A DNA stretch of 62,981 nt, counting the filler, from Phoronis australis (lineage: Eukaryota; Animalia; Phoronida): NCBI GenBank assembly GCA_002633005.1. It is 10 parts of 10 records of this genome, joined end to end, with 100 filler letters (N's around TTAATTAATTAA, not from the genome) between each part and the next. Parts side by side here need not be neighbours in the genome. Positions count along the whole stretch, not along the records: positions 18,513 to 36,373 come from NMRA01000243.1; positions 36,474 to 41,656 come from NMRA01000788.1; 8 more parts are not named here. One strand, 5' to 3'. Made by a program: the position numbers and the translations under genes. Of the stretch, positions 25,001 to 37,545 are shown piece by piece. Each line of letters starts with the position of its first letter. Positions within the stretch are counted from its first letter, which is position 1. Under the pieces are notes generated by a model. It made no database searches. It was not told where the DNA came from and saw only the letters and a list, made by a program, of their open reading frames with translations.

Positions 25001-28000
25001 CTATAATTAGCAGTATTGAGATTGAATCTTACCAGAATGAATCCGGTTACGTGGGAACGAACCTTTTGCCGGGACTTACCTTGAGAGTCGCACTCTTCTT
25101 CGTCGATGCTTCCGTCACAGTCGTTGTCCACATTGTCGCCTAGTTGCGAATCAGTCTTCACGCACAGGTTGACGGCCTTCAGTTGCAAACCAATGGGGAA
25201 TCCATAGCTCTCACGATCAGCAGATCCGTACAACCAGGCACAGAAAGTGACCGACGGTGAAATGTGACGGAAGTTATGAACACTGCTACGGTTTACTGTG
25301 ACATAACCTCCGACCAAGTTCGTTGACGGGACGGGAGACAGAGAAGCCGAGAGTTTTTTGCCGTCCAGTATGAGACCGTCTTTTTGCGACTCTTCCACGA
25401 CGAACAATAGTCGATTGGTGTAATCGCCACCTTTGTCTCCACCAGAGTAGTGAGGAGCAACGAAGTTGTAGTCTCTACTCCATTGCGATACCGGCGGTAC
25501 CAGCATCATGGAGGGATCGGCCGGCTCGCTGATGCTCAGCTGACTGTACACGATTTGGACAACCATGACAGGGGCACTGGCTTCGATGTAGTGGTTTCGG
25601 GAAGAGCTGAGTACGCGTTCAAAAACGCGTCCAGCCTTACTGATAGTAAAGTTGCCCACGCCTGCAATGTGCACCACCGTGTTATCCTGACTGGCAACAA
25701 TGCGGAACACATCTCCGGTAGAACGACCAGGGATCGGCACTGCCGCAAATCTTTTGCCCCAAGATGAGACGGGCGGCAGCTGCTCCACCAAGTGGTCGCG
25801 CGAATTGCCGCTTCCAACCCTGGTCCTCACGTTTCCACTAAAAACGCTCACGTTGTGACTGCTCTGTATGAATGTGCCGGAGAGGTCACCGCTGCTTTGC
25901 GCTTGGAACGTATCGAAACGGTCCAGATGAACTTGGAACGCTTGTCCGTTTCCATACGTCGTTCCGTTGTAAGTGACAGAAACTGCACTCGAACCGGAAC
26001 CGGGTAGGCGGATGGTGACTTCCGTTCCGTCGGACAAACCGATGATGGAAAACTGCGTCCTAATCTCGGCCGGCGAATACGAAACAGCGTAGTAGCGCGT
26101 GCCTTGGACGTTGGTTGGCAGCGCCAGGAAGGCGTCGTTTGAAAACTCCTCCATGTTAACACCATAAACCGACACGTCAGTCGTTGATTCAATCAAAATG
26201 GCTTTTGAGGACAGACCAGTGCCAGTCTGTCGCAGTGCTGGGTCAATTTCAAATTTACGCACATGACCGGGATCAATCACAGCAGAGATGTTGATGAAAG
26301 GAGTGCTCCATTTCGGAGAGGTTATTCGAACTGAAGCCCGTTGCCCCCGAGTCGGCGTCACGTATAGTTCCAGAGGAAACTGTTTTGGATTTTCAACCTC
26401 GTTTTGCAAGAACATGACCAAGAAGTCCATGCCTCCAGCATCCGCACCAGCTTTGCAGTCTTCATCCACACGGCCATCATTATCGTCGTCTGAAAAATTA
26501 GTTGTCGTTGGTAAAGGAAAATATTTGTGAACAAACAAATTTTATTGAGGAGACTTTCTGTTTACTGTTGGCATTGGCAATTTTTCCGTAATCATGGGCT
26601 CGATTGAGTGACTGAGAATGATAACACTTGAGTTATGTTTGCCTGGTTCTTAAACTACAAATTAAAAGTTTCTTTCTTTAATTTACAAAGCCGGTTTTGT
26701 TACAGCGTGTTTCCTGGTCAACTTGAACTGAAATAGTCGACATGAGCCAAGTCCCGGTAGTAAATTTTCTCGTTCGAGATAATGTTTATTGAAAAGCATA
26801 ACCAGACAGCGCATACATTTTGTCGAAATATCATTGTAAACTGAGATTTTAGGTCATCGCTACATCTGAAAAGTAATACGTGTGATACACAGGAACTCCT
26901 ACAGAAGATTTGATATAGGTGGTTTAAATTGGACTTAGGCCAAGTTTAATGTTAACCCCCATTTCATAAAGGTAGTTTAACTTTTAGACCAGTGATCTTG
27001 TAAAACCTGAACTCCAGTTTAGAACTGGTTTAAGTCAGTTTTCATTTCACCAACGAAGTCCATATCCCTTAGACCTGTATTAAGAACTTTAACAAAGTTT
27101 AACTTAAGACCTGGTCTGAGTCAGGTTTAAAACTGTTAAATATGACAAACTGGCGCGATATAGGTGTACAGCTGGATGGTGCTGCCGTGTGAATCACCGA
27201 GGCAATTTTAGAGCGAGAATGGGCTATTTTCAATTTCAGTTTTACGACACAAAATCAAACGTAGAACAGCACGTGTTGCAGAAATTCTTCGGACTCCTCA
27301 GAATAAGAATGATCGAGCAGGGCGTCATCGTCCTAAGCGACACGGGAGGGACTGAAGACGGCATCTTCTAATTATTCAGACTGAGTTCCAGCTCCACTGG
27401 TCCCAGATTTAAGGTTGCCTGGCAGGGGTCTTGCTCCCCCCCCCCTTGGCCTCAAAAAATAAACAGTAAAAGTGGCACGCATTTATTATGTTGCTGCTAA
27501 CCGTAGGCGTGTACTTTAATGTGTGTACGTGTGTTGGGCGCAGATATCACAAAATGAAAATGTCCTCTCGTGATATTCTAGATCTGGCACTGGGTCCCTC
27601 ATCGTTTTCTTTGAATTATTTTCACTGATGAAGTTTTCTTTCAGGCCTTCATTTTTTGAGTGATGCCCTTTGGCTGTTTGTCGCGGCATTTCTCCGATTG
27701 AGGGAACTCCAAGTCTGCTGCTTAGGTTGACTTGCTTTGGCATTAGTTTTCTATAGCATTGGCTTGTTCTCTGATCAGTTCTGAGAGGGAACATTTTTAC
27801 TTATGAGAAGAGCTTTAAGTCCTTTTTCGCAAGTGTCGGTACTGATTCTACTTCTGTGTGCCATTTATACCCACATGTTCAAGGTTTCATTGAAGCAGTT
27901 CAATAGTTTCTTTGTTGGGTTAATCCGGATTGACACAGTTGGGTGGCTTAGATACTTTAAACCTGGTTTTACTAAACCCGCTTTATGGTCTAACAAAACC

Positions 28001-31000
28001 AGGCTTTCAGGCTTTTAAATCAGATTGATGAAATACAAGTTAGATCTAAAATTAGACCAGGTTTAGGAAGGCCAGGTTTAAGACCTTTGTTAAACCACTT
28101 TAATGAAATCACGTCTTATTGTCTGAGAGCCAACTCAAGTAGACGATGTGAACTTAAACGTGCTTGAAGTCCTGTTCTCACGTTGTTAACTCCAATACGA
28201 TGGTGAAGTTAACAACAACACAGCATAAGTCAGATAAGTCTGAAAAAATGCAAATGCTGTCCACTCCTTGCTAGAGACTTATCTGCGAAATTCCGTGAGC
28301 ATCCATCAGCAAATTTGCGAGACGGGGCCATAGCGACAAGAAATCTAAATTCTCACTAGAGGACGCAATAGTAGTCGGACTCGTCTCAAAATTGAGGCTC
28401 AATTAGAGCACATAAACAAAGTTTCACGAAGATCCATCGAGGAACTTGTTGACAGAGGGGGCACTGACTCTTGAACCGAGACAATGGACTCCACCTACCC
28501 CCCGTGTACTCCAACATTCTTAACGAGCGTAAGGCGGGAAATCCCTCATTCATCGACAAAGACCTGGCGGACCAGGTTGAAACGTCTGCCAACAACCAAC
28601 CACGTCTCTAAGTAAGGTAACATCAGGAAGAGATAACCAGGAAGGGACAACTAGCTAAACCGCCGTTTTTGGCCTCCTTCCCCGGTCTAATTTCAGGACT
28701 TAAGTTTCGTTTAAAAGGAAACAGATGATTTTATCAGAGACATTAAAGCTTTTTCTATAGAAGGATATCAAAAAACTCACTTTGCAACCTTAAACAGTGG
28801 TGTAATTGTACTTTAAAAATATCGACTTCAGAGCACTCAATTGCAACTTCCCACACGCAGTCACGGGTATTTAAGCTTTTCCGTCGATGTATAGATGGCG
28901 CAGTAGTCAAGTACTCCCTCATTTGCATATCAAATTTGCATGTGGGAGTTTTGAGACTCTCGTCAGTTGTTGGTCGAGCGCTTGAGTGGATAAAGCGGTG
29001 ACCTCCCACTGAGAGCACGCGCTGATGAAGATACCACTTCGCAATCAGGAGGTGAAAACACTCTCATGACCGCAGTTCTGAATTCCAGCTAAGCAACCCC
29101 TTTTCGAGGAGCGGACTTTGAATTGTTTTCGTCCCCTGACAATGGATTGCAGAGATTAGAATGAGGTTAACATCAAACTTTCTGCGGCTACATGTCGTGT
29201 TGACAAAAGTGTGAAGTGTCGGAACCATAGACGGAGCGTGCGGGATGTCATGATTCCTGTTCTTCAGTTGTCGAAAACATTGCTATTGGCATAAAGAATG
29301 GCCGTGGGAAATTAATTTTGAGGTGGACACCTGTATCCAAGAATAAATATTAATACTCTGTAATATCTCATCATCCGTGTTTCGTTTCTTTTGACGCTGT
29401 TTGAGGTTGCGGTATCGTGAAACAACACTGTCGGGTGAGAGAAGTTGCACCGAATAATTGGAATTGGCTGCAGTTCTTCCTTTAGAATGCCCGGACTCAA
29501 CTGTGTCGTTTTCTTGGCAAGTCTCTTGCCTGCCGAAATTTTTCTGAGCATTGATGAAGACATCGGCCTTCTCTTGCGCCAATCAACCTTTTATCTGCTC
29601 AGGCTACAAAAATGTTATGCCTAATTTTCTACCATTTTAGCACACTTTGTGGTTCTGCTACAGTTAGCACTGCCATAATCGTATTTCTTAATTCCGCCAC
29701 AGTATGCATACTTGGAAGTTAGTTTTGCTAGGTGTTGTTCATCATTAAATGCCTCAAATTCCTTGACGCCATGGACATTTCCGTCAACACAAAACGCACC
29801 CTTGCCATTCTTAAAAATTCGTATATATGTGCTATAATTGCTTCAAAGGACCGGCAGTAACCGTGGCTGGAATGTCGGTAGCTTCGCGACTAAGTATACA
29901 ACTAACTCCTGTTGAAATTCTCCATACTTCCAAATTCTTGTTTGCAGGTGCTGGTAATTGCCTTCAATGGTTTTCATAATAAGAGACTAGAAATGCGAGT
30001 TGTCACTGCCTTACATTTTCACTGGCCACCTTGCTACAGTCGACTTGCGCAATAGCCGAATTAGTGTCCACATTTGTGGTCACGTGCCGGATACAGGCCC
30101 ATGAGACAAGTTGCAGCAACAAATTCAGTACGAATCTATAAACCCTTTTACACGCACAATTAAAGGTGAAAGCAACCTTTTTTCATGTCACTTTTAGCAC
30201 AAATAAGGTTCGTTGATTATCCCAGACACATTTTTCACTTAATTGCAACTTTTCGTAATTTGATTAATTTCTCGTCATCTACTCCGGAAGTGACGTTTGG
30301 GGAGGCAAGAGTTTCGCGCCAATTTCTTTTCATTATAGTCTGACTGTGAGAGCTGTCGAGTGAGTCATTGTTCTACCTCGGTTGTGATCAGTTCGGTCGT
30401 CGTTTGCTTTTGTTTACAAGTCAGTCAACATGCCACGTCTCACACGCGCTTTGGGTACCTTGCGTCGCTTTCCGAAGGATGACACACTTCGCGTACTTGG
30501 CTAGCTCGTTCATGTGAAGAACGCAGCGTTACCCGTCCACGCAACGTACAAAGCAGTGGAGGGTTACCGAGTGTGTGGCAAGCATTTTCTGCCGTCAGAT
30601 TATGACAGATATGCACGCTGAATTCATGAAGGTCCCTGCAAAACAACGCCTTAAGAAGGGTACCTTACCGTCGCTGTCGATTCCCGGCAGTGCTCCGTCG
30701 CCAACCCCGAGAATTGCGTTTTTGAGGAGAGAAGCCTCGGGAGCTGTGGCCACTATATACACTGACTGGAGGCACTTCATCTGCTGTCACCCGTGCCTCC
30801 GAACGTACCCCATTGCGTGCAATTTCGGAAACTAGCAGTGATTCGCCCTGTGCTGTTGTCTCTGAGCCCAGAGCGTGTAAGCAGTCCTGCAGCGATGTTG
30901 AGTAGTGGGAGTGAATACAGGCCCAGTTCGACACCCAGTGAAGAGGACAGTTCGTCATCCAATGAACAGATCGGTGAGCCTAAGTTTGATAAGTTTATTG

Positions 31001-33791
31001 TGGACTTGTATTGGAGCTATTTGGAAGGTGCCAGGTGTGTGGCGAGGGAGTCACACGGAGGGATGCAAGCAATTTGGGTGCTCAGATCACTCTTCAGTGG
31101 GAGTGTGTCGCGGGACACTCGGGCAAGTGGGACAGTTCTTACTCTGTACGTGAGACAATAATGAGTACACCCCAGTACGCAGCAACAGCGTGGCATGTTG
31201 ACTGACTCCTAAGCAAAAGCAAACGACGACCGAACTTATCACAACCGAGGTAGAACAATGACTGACTCGACTGCTCTCACAGTCAGACTATATGAAAAGA
31301 AATTGGCGCGAAATTCTTGCCTTCCAAAACGTCACTTCCGGAGTAGACAACGAGTAATCAATTAAATTACGAAAAGCAGTAAATAAGTGAAAAATATGTC
31401 TGGGATAATCAACGAACCTTATTTTTGCTAAAAATGACATGAAAAAAGGTTGCCTTCGCCTTTAAACGCGCAAAACTGATACTGTATTTCTTAAACCTTT
31501 AATTCAATGCTCAAGCTATACAACGAATGCGTGTTGAAACACAACATTGACCTTGGACCAACGATGGACTCCTTGCATCAGGACCTTAGTAAGCGGGGAG
31601 AGGGCGAGTGCCACCCCAAAAAAATTGCATGCCTCAGGGTCAAACCATGGCAACTGACAAAGGTGTGGGGCTGGGGAAAGACAAAAAAGAAAGACTTCGA
31701 ATACTGATCAGAGCGAAAATTCAAGAGAACATTGACAACTCGGTTTCAGTGTATGGCTTACCATTTGAGGGCCCTGGCCAGGACAATTGTTGGGTCTCCG
31801 TTTTTGCAGCATAGGTCGTCTAAGTGCCCTTGAAAATGTGCACTTAATCATTCATACATGTATTTCGAAAATTCGAGAAAATTTGTAAAGCAAAAGTTTT
31901 TCGGAGCGTATTAATTCAGTCCAAGTTTTCCAGTGGTCCATAGGCGGTGCACTACAGGGGGGCTGAGGGGGCTTTAGCCCTCACTTTTTTCAGTACTGCA
32001 CCTTCTGTAAACCTCCGGCATGACACTACCAACTACTCATGAGGGGAAGTTGAGATTCCAAATTCATCAAAAACACAAAACATTCGTGCACAGCACAGAA
32101 GCTGTCTTGTAAGAAATGGCGATGCGTCACTGAACTTAGTTGAAGCCTGAAGGCAAAAATTCGATCCATCATCTGACCACCATATCGCAAAGAAGGACCC
32201 TAAACGATAACAGGGGTATTTCTTGAATGTGGGGCAGCTCTAAATGCTTTATTGAATTAAAAACTAGACTAATGAAATTCAAAAATTTACAAACCGTAGA
32301 TCAAAAAAGAAGTTCAAGTCATTGCTCATAAATTTGGAAAGATTGTCTTTGCACTTCCTTGATGCTTGTAGTTCCCAGTATTGTGCAATGAATTTAGGTT
32401 CTTTTAGACCGAATCGTTTGCTTGCCATTCCCGTGCACACTGCAAAGGCTGGACACGTTGTGACTCAGTGGCGCACCCACGTTAAAAATAAGGTGTAGTC
32501 ATGCAGTAGAATCCGCGCACAGTGATTGACGGGAAAAGAACTTGAACTGCACTGAGGGGTTGAAGTGTGTGCATTTTTGGGACACGCGTTCATTTTCCCA
32601 GCCGCCCTGCAGAAGCTGGACCAGTGGCCGTGTTTCAACAAGGAATTTTGATACAGCTCTATAGGCCAAGGATTTCGGGATCATATCTTTCCAAAAAATC
32701 TTCAGGAAATGACCGTATTAAAATGAACTTTTCCCGAAACTGGGTCAAAAAACGACCTTGGAGCCAGAACACGGGTATAGGTTCGAGTTAAGCCGCACGT
32801 CTCAAATGAATCATAGCAGAGCTGACCAGCGACTAGCATTAGTTCGTCGAATTGCGCATGAATCATAGCAGAGCTGACCAGCGACTAGCATTAGTTCGTC
32901 GAATTGCGCATGCATGGATCAGACTTCCCGGCGACGCCACGACACCGGCCACCGTGGCGGGAGCAGCTAATTTCTTGACTAACACCTGCTTCTAAATCTG
33001 GATTTAAGCAAAATGACGAAGTCCACGCATACACACATGCAAACGTATCCAAATACAATTAAATGTATTTTCATGTGAAACCATTCAATGTCCTTTGAAC
33101 ATTGACTTGCATGATGAGTTCTTCATTTTCTTAGATCTGCCCAGTCAGATAGAACTGCGTTTCAAGTCATTCACTATAGGCACTCGAGGGTTCAAATTGG
33201 AAGCTCGCGCCGTATGACGTCGTATGACGTAGACGATGCGAGCCTCATTTGCATATATTAGTGACATCTGTTGGTTCAAAAAAGAGGATCGTGCCCGAGT
33301 ACATGCCTGGGAAGAGGCATCTTTTGGAAGGGTAAAACAAGTCATGTTCAAAGCATCCCAGTGCCATTAATATGAAGTCTTTGGGGACAAAAGTGGTGTC
33401 ATTTTATAGCTAAAGAGTTAAGCTTTCAAACACAATGCTTGTATTCCAGACTACTTTAACATTTACTTTTGAAATCACCTTTGAAAATACGTTAAAATGC
33501 GCTAAAACAGTTGTCCCTTCCTGGTTATCTCTTCCTGGTAACATTTTATATACAGTGCCTCTAGAGACCAATGACGAACCTATTCTCCAGAACTTGTTGA
33601 TATTGAGGCACAGGCAAAAAACAAAATTGTCACTAAGAGGCGTCATAGTAGTTAGACGTTATTGAATTCGACCCCGAAAACGCTTATCAATTAATCTCCC
33701 TCTTACCGACGCTATTGCAAAGTTCTTCATCGATAGCACCGTCACAGTCGTTGTCTAGCCCATCGCTGAGGGACGATGCTGTTTCAATACA
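21953..33791 (-). CDS. Partial gene: IgGFc-binding-protein N-terminal-type domain plus DNDCDGxxDEE acidic/Cys repeats; exons 33707-33791, 25080-26489, 23268-23314, 22927-23058, 21953-22037 (duplicated stretch 23277-24516 versus 24518-25758)
   Basis: GT-AG boundaries with a continuous frame (intron phases 1,1,0,0). The large exon carries DAFLALP, DLSGTFIQSSHNVSVFSGN, DHLVEQLPPVSSWGKRF, DPSMMLVPPVSQW and ESYGFP motifs typical of that domain. No start or stop exon was found in the scaffold. Confidence 0.82.
22927..23058 (-). CDS. Repeat exon CKRTTSSPGDGVDNDCDGNVDEESCDGVDNDSDGFIDEDCFKPK
   Basis: 132 bp, phase 0-0, with TTTTCAG| and |GTAAAT boundaries. Confidence 0.85.
23838..24516 (-). CDS. Second, 5'-truncated copy of the large exon's 3' half
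   Basis: Nearly identical to 25080-25758 (about five amino-acid changes). It begins abruptly at the single N at 24517. Confidence 0.7.
25080..26489 (-). CDS. Large 1410-bp exon: IgGFc-binding-protein N-terminal-type domain
   Basis: Core of ORF 24730-26538; acceptor TTTTCAG| before DDNDGRVDEDC and donor G|GTAAGT after EEECDSQ. Confidence 0.9.
26955..28115. mobile_element. Non-autonomous PIF/Harbinger-like element with a decayed Myb/SANT-like ORF on the minus strand (about 27520-27830)
   Basis: Inverted ends ATTTCATAAAGGTAGTTTAAC / GTTAAACCACTTTAATGAAAT, subterminal AGACC(A/T)GGT repeats on both sides, and remnant QVN...KKT motifs. Confidence 0.45.
30164..31461 (+). mobile_element. Non-autonomous Kolobok-type DNA transposon
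   Basis: TTAA on both sides (30160-30163, 31462-31465), AGG...CCT termini and about 275-bp TIRs. Internal decayed THAP (RFPKD...VCGKHF...RLKKGTLPS) and a Cys/His region (LELFGRCQVCG...WECVAGHSGKWDSS). Confidence 0.85.
32806..32912. repeat. Perfect 52-bp tandem duplication
   Basis: ATGAATCATAGCAGAGCTGACCAGCGACTAGCATTAGTTCGTCGAATTGCGC occurs twice. Confidence 0.95.
33707..33791 (-). CDS. Repeat exon CIETASSLSDGLDNDCDGAIDEELCNSV
   Basis: 85 bp, phase 0-1, with TTTCAG| and |GTAAGA boundaries. It splices in frame to the exon starting at 26489 across a 7.2-kb intron. Confidence 0.82.
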
Positions 33792-35284
33792 CTGAAATTA
33801 GCATGGATTAGCATAGCAGAGTAAATCAAATAAGTTCACTTTAGTATCAATAAAGACGGGAGTTTTTTTCAGCTGTTGCCAAACCAAGAAGACGTTCTCG
33901 TGTTAATCCGCGTAGAACAAAATCATACAGAACACCTCCGATTATTCGAACCTCGTAGCAAGGAGTGTACGAGTATAGGAGAGTTCACTCCGCCATTTTA
34001 CCATTCGCCGCAATGGTTACCGGTCGAAAACGCGTGAAGTCTGTGAGGTGAATAAGTTCTGTGAAGCCTGTAATGGCTAGTTGATGGCAGGTTTATACAG
34101 AGGTTCATGTCACCTAGGGAGACAGATTGACACAGGTGGTCAACATTACCTGGCAAGCCTCAAACAAACACCTGGCAAAATAAGCACCAACTCAAGGCAC
34201 CAACTGAGCGGAAAATCACCATTCCATGAAAGGTTGCAAGCTGTGAATGTGAAACAAATTGCTCGATGTTTATAGCAGTTTGTTCCCACGAACATTACCC
34301 AGTCCATCATGGGAGAAGATCACGACACTTAGGTGGGAAATAACCGAAGCAGACACATAAGAGGAACAGAAACCAGGATTGCTCAGTAAATGAAAAGACG
34401 GACCAACGGACACTGCACAGGTAAGGAAGAGGGGTCTGGAGGAATGTTAGAAAATTTTTCAAGGAGAAAGCGGTGTTTGATATATGCAACCATAGTCATT
34501 TTAACAAAAAATTGCACAATCCAGTATTCGCATCTACACGTGCTTCAGAACAGTTGTGCAGAAGAGTACAATAACTGGAAATACAAGCTTAGGGCGACTG
34601 AAAACAGGACTACCAAAGAGGCTCCGTTTTCATGACTTTTGTTTTGATAACTAGGGATGTTGTTCATGCACAATATTTGGCAATATGTTACTTACGCCAA
34701 CTTCTCAATTCTTTTGTTCATTTTATTGGCACTGTATTCAATACCCACTGCCAACAGGAGTTCATCGCAGACAAGACCATCTTAAGATATCTTATTATGG
34801 GCAAATGTAAGGTAGATTTTTTGAAGATATACATTTGGGAAAAATATACATGCCTGAATATTGAAATCTTCCCAAGTTTCATAGGTAATTGGTATCAAAA
34901 CTGTAACAAATGCAATTTTTCAACCATAAAGTCCTAGTGATGTAATGGAACAGACATATATTTGATTGGTTTCAATTTGAGCATAGGCCACAGTATAGAC
35001 GCATATGGGTACATATCCATCTCTCAGATATACCCGGGGACGTATATTTAGATCTACTTTTGGTCCTCAAACAAACTGCAAGCTTGTCTTGCTGAAAACT
35101 CAGATATTATATCTTTGGTTTGCATGTGAAATCATGGCTGGCCATACAAAGGCATGGTTGGCCAATACAAACCCGGCACCGTGCACTGACAAGTTTTAAT
35201 TTTATCTAGAGCGAAGACATTTTTACCATTCCCTCAGCTAATTCCTCACAACTGCATTGTATTCTCACATTCAATAGTCAACTA

Positions 35285-35365
35285 CAGTGGTTCCCGCACT
35301 CTGAGAACCAGTTTTCTCCATAGAACAACAGGCATAAAACTGGTTCTCAAAGTCCGCGACCCCCG
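35285..35365. mobile_element. Tiny Tc1/mariner-like MITE
   Basis: TA-flanked; CAGTGGTTCCCGCACTCTGAGAACCAGTTTT versus AAAACTGGTTCTCAAAGTCCGCGACCCCCG imperfect inverted arms. Confidence 0.5.
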
Positions 35366-36473
35366 TAAGTGACTATTGCCTAAAATGAGTATTAAAAATC
35401 CCTGGCAAAATAGTGTTGACAATCTCCCGTGAGAAAAATTCGAACCGAAAAACATTAAAAAACGGAAGGGGACAGAAGACCGCAATTCGAGCAGTTCAGA
35501 GGAGTGATACGCCAATGTTTAGAGCGATACCAACACATAACACTTATGCATCCATAGACACTACACACCACCTGCACATAACACATATACTGTTTCCTGC
35601 TAAGACACCCCCAGGCAAATCATGATGATGTCAGTTAACCTGCCATTGTTGGACTTCATTACCACGATACTAAAAGCTTTCCTTCCTCAGTCATAATTGT
35701 ACAATTCTCTGCGCAAAACGTGCGCACTTTGCCTCGGGCTGATTACAAGAGTAGCGGACGTAGTTCTTGAACTTCATAATGCTGTTAATTAGAAGACATG
35801 GTCACTGGTAATCAAGTCCCGGGTGACAGTGACATCTACGCCATTGCTGTCAATTAAACGAGAACTAACGATTGGGCAAGATGTGTCTCATATATCGGGC
35901 TCCAGGTAAGCAATGGAAAATATACTAGTAGAGAACAGAGACAGCCTTGATTACAATGTGACATGTCACATGGTGTAGGAGCGAGGGAAAAAGAAGTAAT
36001 AAGCCTCGTAGATAATGGTGTGATCATCATAATGGAAGTAATTATTGCACGCAGGAAGGCATTAACAGACAGTATAGATCAAAGAACAGCTACTGAGCTG
36101 TAGGGCCGCACCAGCAATGTGATTAAGTCAGGTAAATAACTCTAGATGCTGCACGCCAACTAGCATATACAGGCATATTATGCTCCTATGTACCATTGTT
36201 GAAATTTCAGTTCCTTTTTTACGACAACGAGGCAATGCAAGAATCGCAAAATGCAGAAACATATTATTTTCTTTACAACTCAAACCTAATAGTATGGACC
36301 TTCATAAAGGCTAAGTTCAAAGATTTCACTTTCCAGTTCAATGCCCATTGTATTCAGGCACCCCCCCCCCCCCNNNNNNNNNNNNNNNNNNNNNNNNNNN
36401 NNNNNNNNNNNNNNNNNTTAATTAATTAANNNNNNNNNNNNNNNNNNNNNNNNNNNNNNNNNNNNNNNNNNNN

Positions 36474-37545
36474 AAAAACGTTTTCTCCTGTAGAGGGCGC
36501 AATTGCAAACCAATCACTTTCAAACTGGTCAGGTGTTTGTTGAGATTAATAAGCTTTTATAAAAAATTATTGGACCGGAAGTTACTTCCAAGATGGCGGC
36601 TGTGGAGCATGTTCACACGGTTTCAATCACTGTGTTGTCGCATTTTTTATGGGAAGAGCAAATGACGTGAATTTTCGCATGTGGATTCCTTGAGGTATGG
36701 CCTTTCAAAAAGTCTGCGAGAGCGTATTTCTCAGACTTACCGTTTTCGAGTTATTTGACTTTGAATTTCAAAAAAACGGCAAAATTTCAGTTTTCTCGAA
36801 AATTTTTTGGATTTTTGCCAAACTACCACATTAGATAGAGATTTGAACGGGCTTTCAGGAGATATTTTTCATTTTGCGCTACGACGTCTACTTTTTGAAT
36901 TATTCGAGATTTTCGGATACCGTTGTTCTCACGCAGCTGGCTGGCTTTCAGCTCACTTTGTTTTGGTTATGCCTAGTTGACCCAGACTGACCCAGACTGA
37001 CCCAGCCAGCGCTGTCCTACTGTAAAGCATGCCTCGTCCGTAATATTGCGCCATCTATTGTTCTTTATTGTAGTTGATTGTATGCACTATCAAAGTACCT
37101 AGAGGTGTGGACGGGCTTTCAGACGATATTTTCCATTTTGCGCTACAACGTCTACTTTTGAATTATTCGAGATTTTCGAAAGCCGTTGTTCCTTCGGTCA
37201 CCGCTGAAAGGAAGCAGCTGGCTGGCTTTCAGCTCACTTTATTTTGGTTATGCCTAGTTGACCCAGACTGACCTACTGCAGACTGGACCGTCATGTTGCG
37301 CCATCTATTGTTCTTTATTGTAGTTGATTGTATGCTCTCTATTTGATTTCTTCGCTAGTCACATCAATGTTATCGTGTTTGCCAAACTACCACTTTAGAT
37401 AGAGTTTTGAACGGGCTTTCATTCTTTATTGTAGTTGATTGTATGCTCTCAATTTGATTTCTTCGCTAGTCACATGAATGATATCGTGTTCGTCGTCTTT
37501 TCGATTAATTCCGCCAAGTGTCGCTCCTCCGAGCGCTCTCGTTGA
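36474..37545 (+). mobile_element. 3' part of a Helentron/HINE-like element with internal 260-bp direct duplications
   Basis: About 36845-37087 is repeated at about 37108-37335 and partly again at 37380-37490; the terminal hairpin is shared with 7514-7585. Confidence 0.55.

Noticed and set aside
24730-25079. C-terminal tail of the 602-aa ORF (and 23599-23837 of the 317-aa ORF)
   Set aside because: Intron read-through beyond a strong G|GTAAGT donor.
29022-29066. CTGATGA...GAAA hammerhead-ribozyme-like core
   Set aside because: Stems I and III cannot be paired convincingly.
14865-33791. Apparent cluster of two secreted calcium-binding genes
   Set aside because: They are separated by the artificial linker at 18413-18512, so linkage is unknown.
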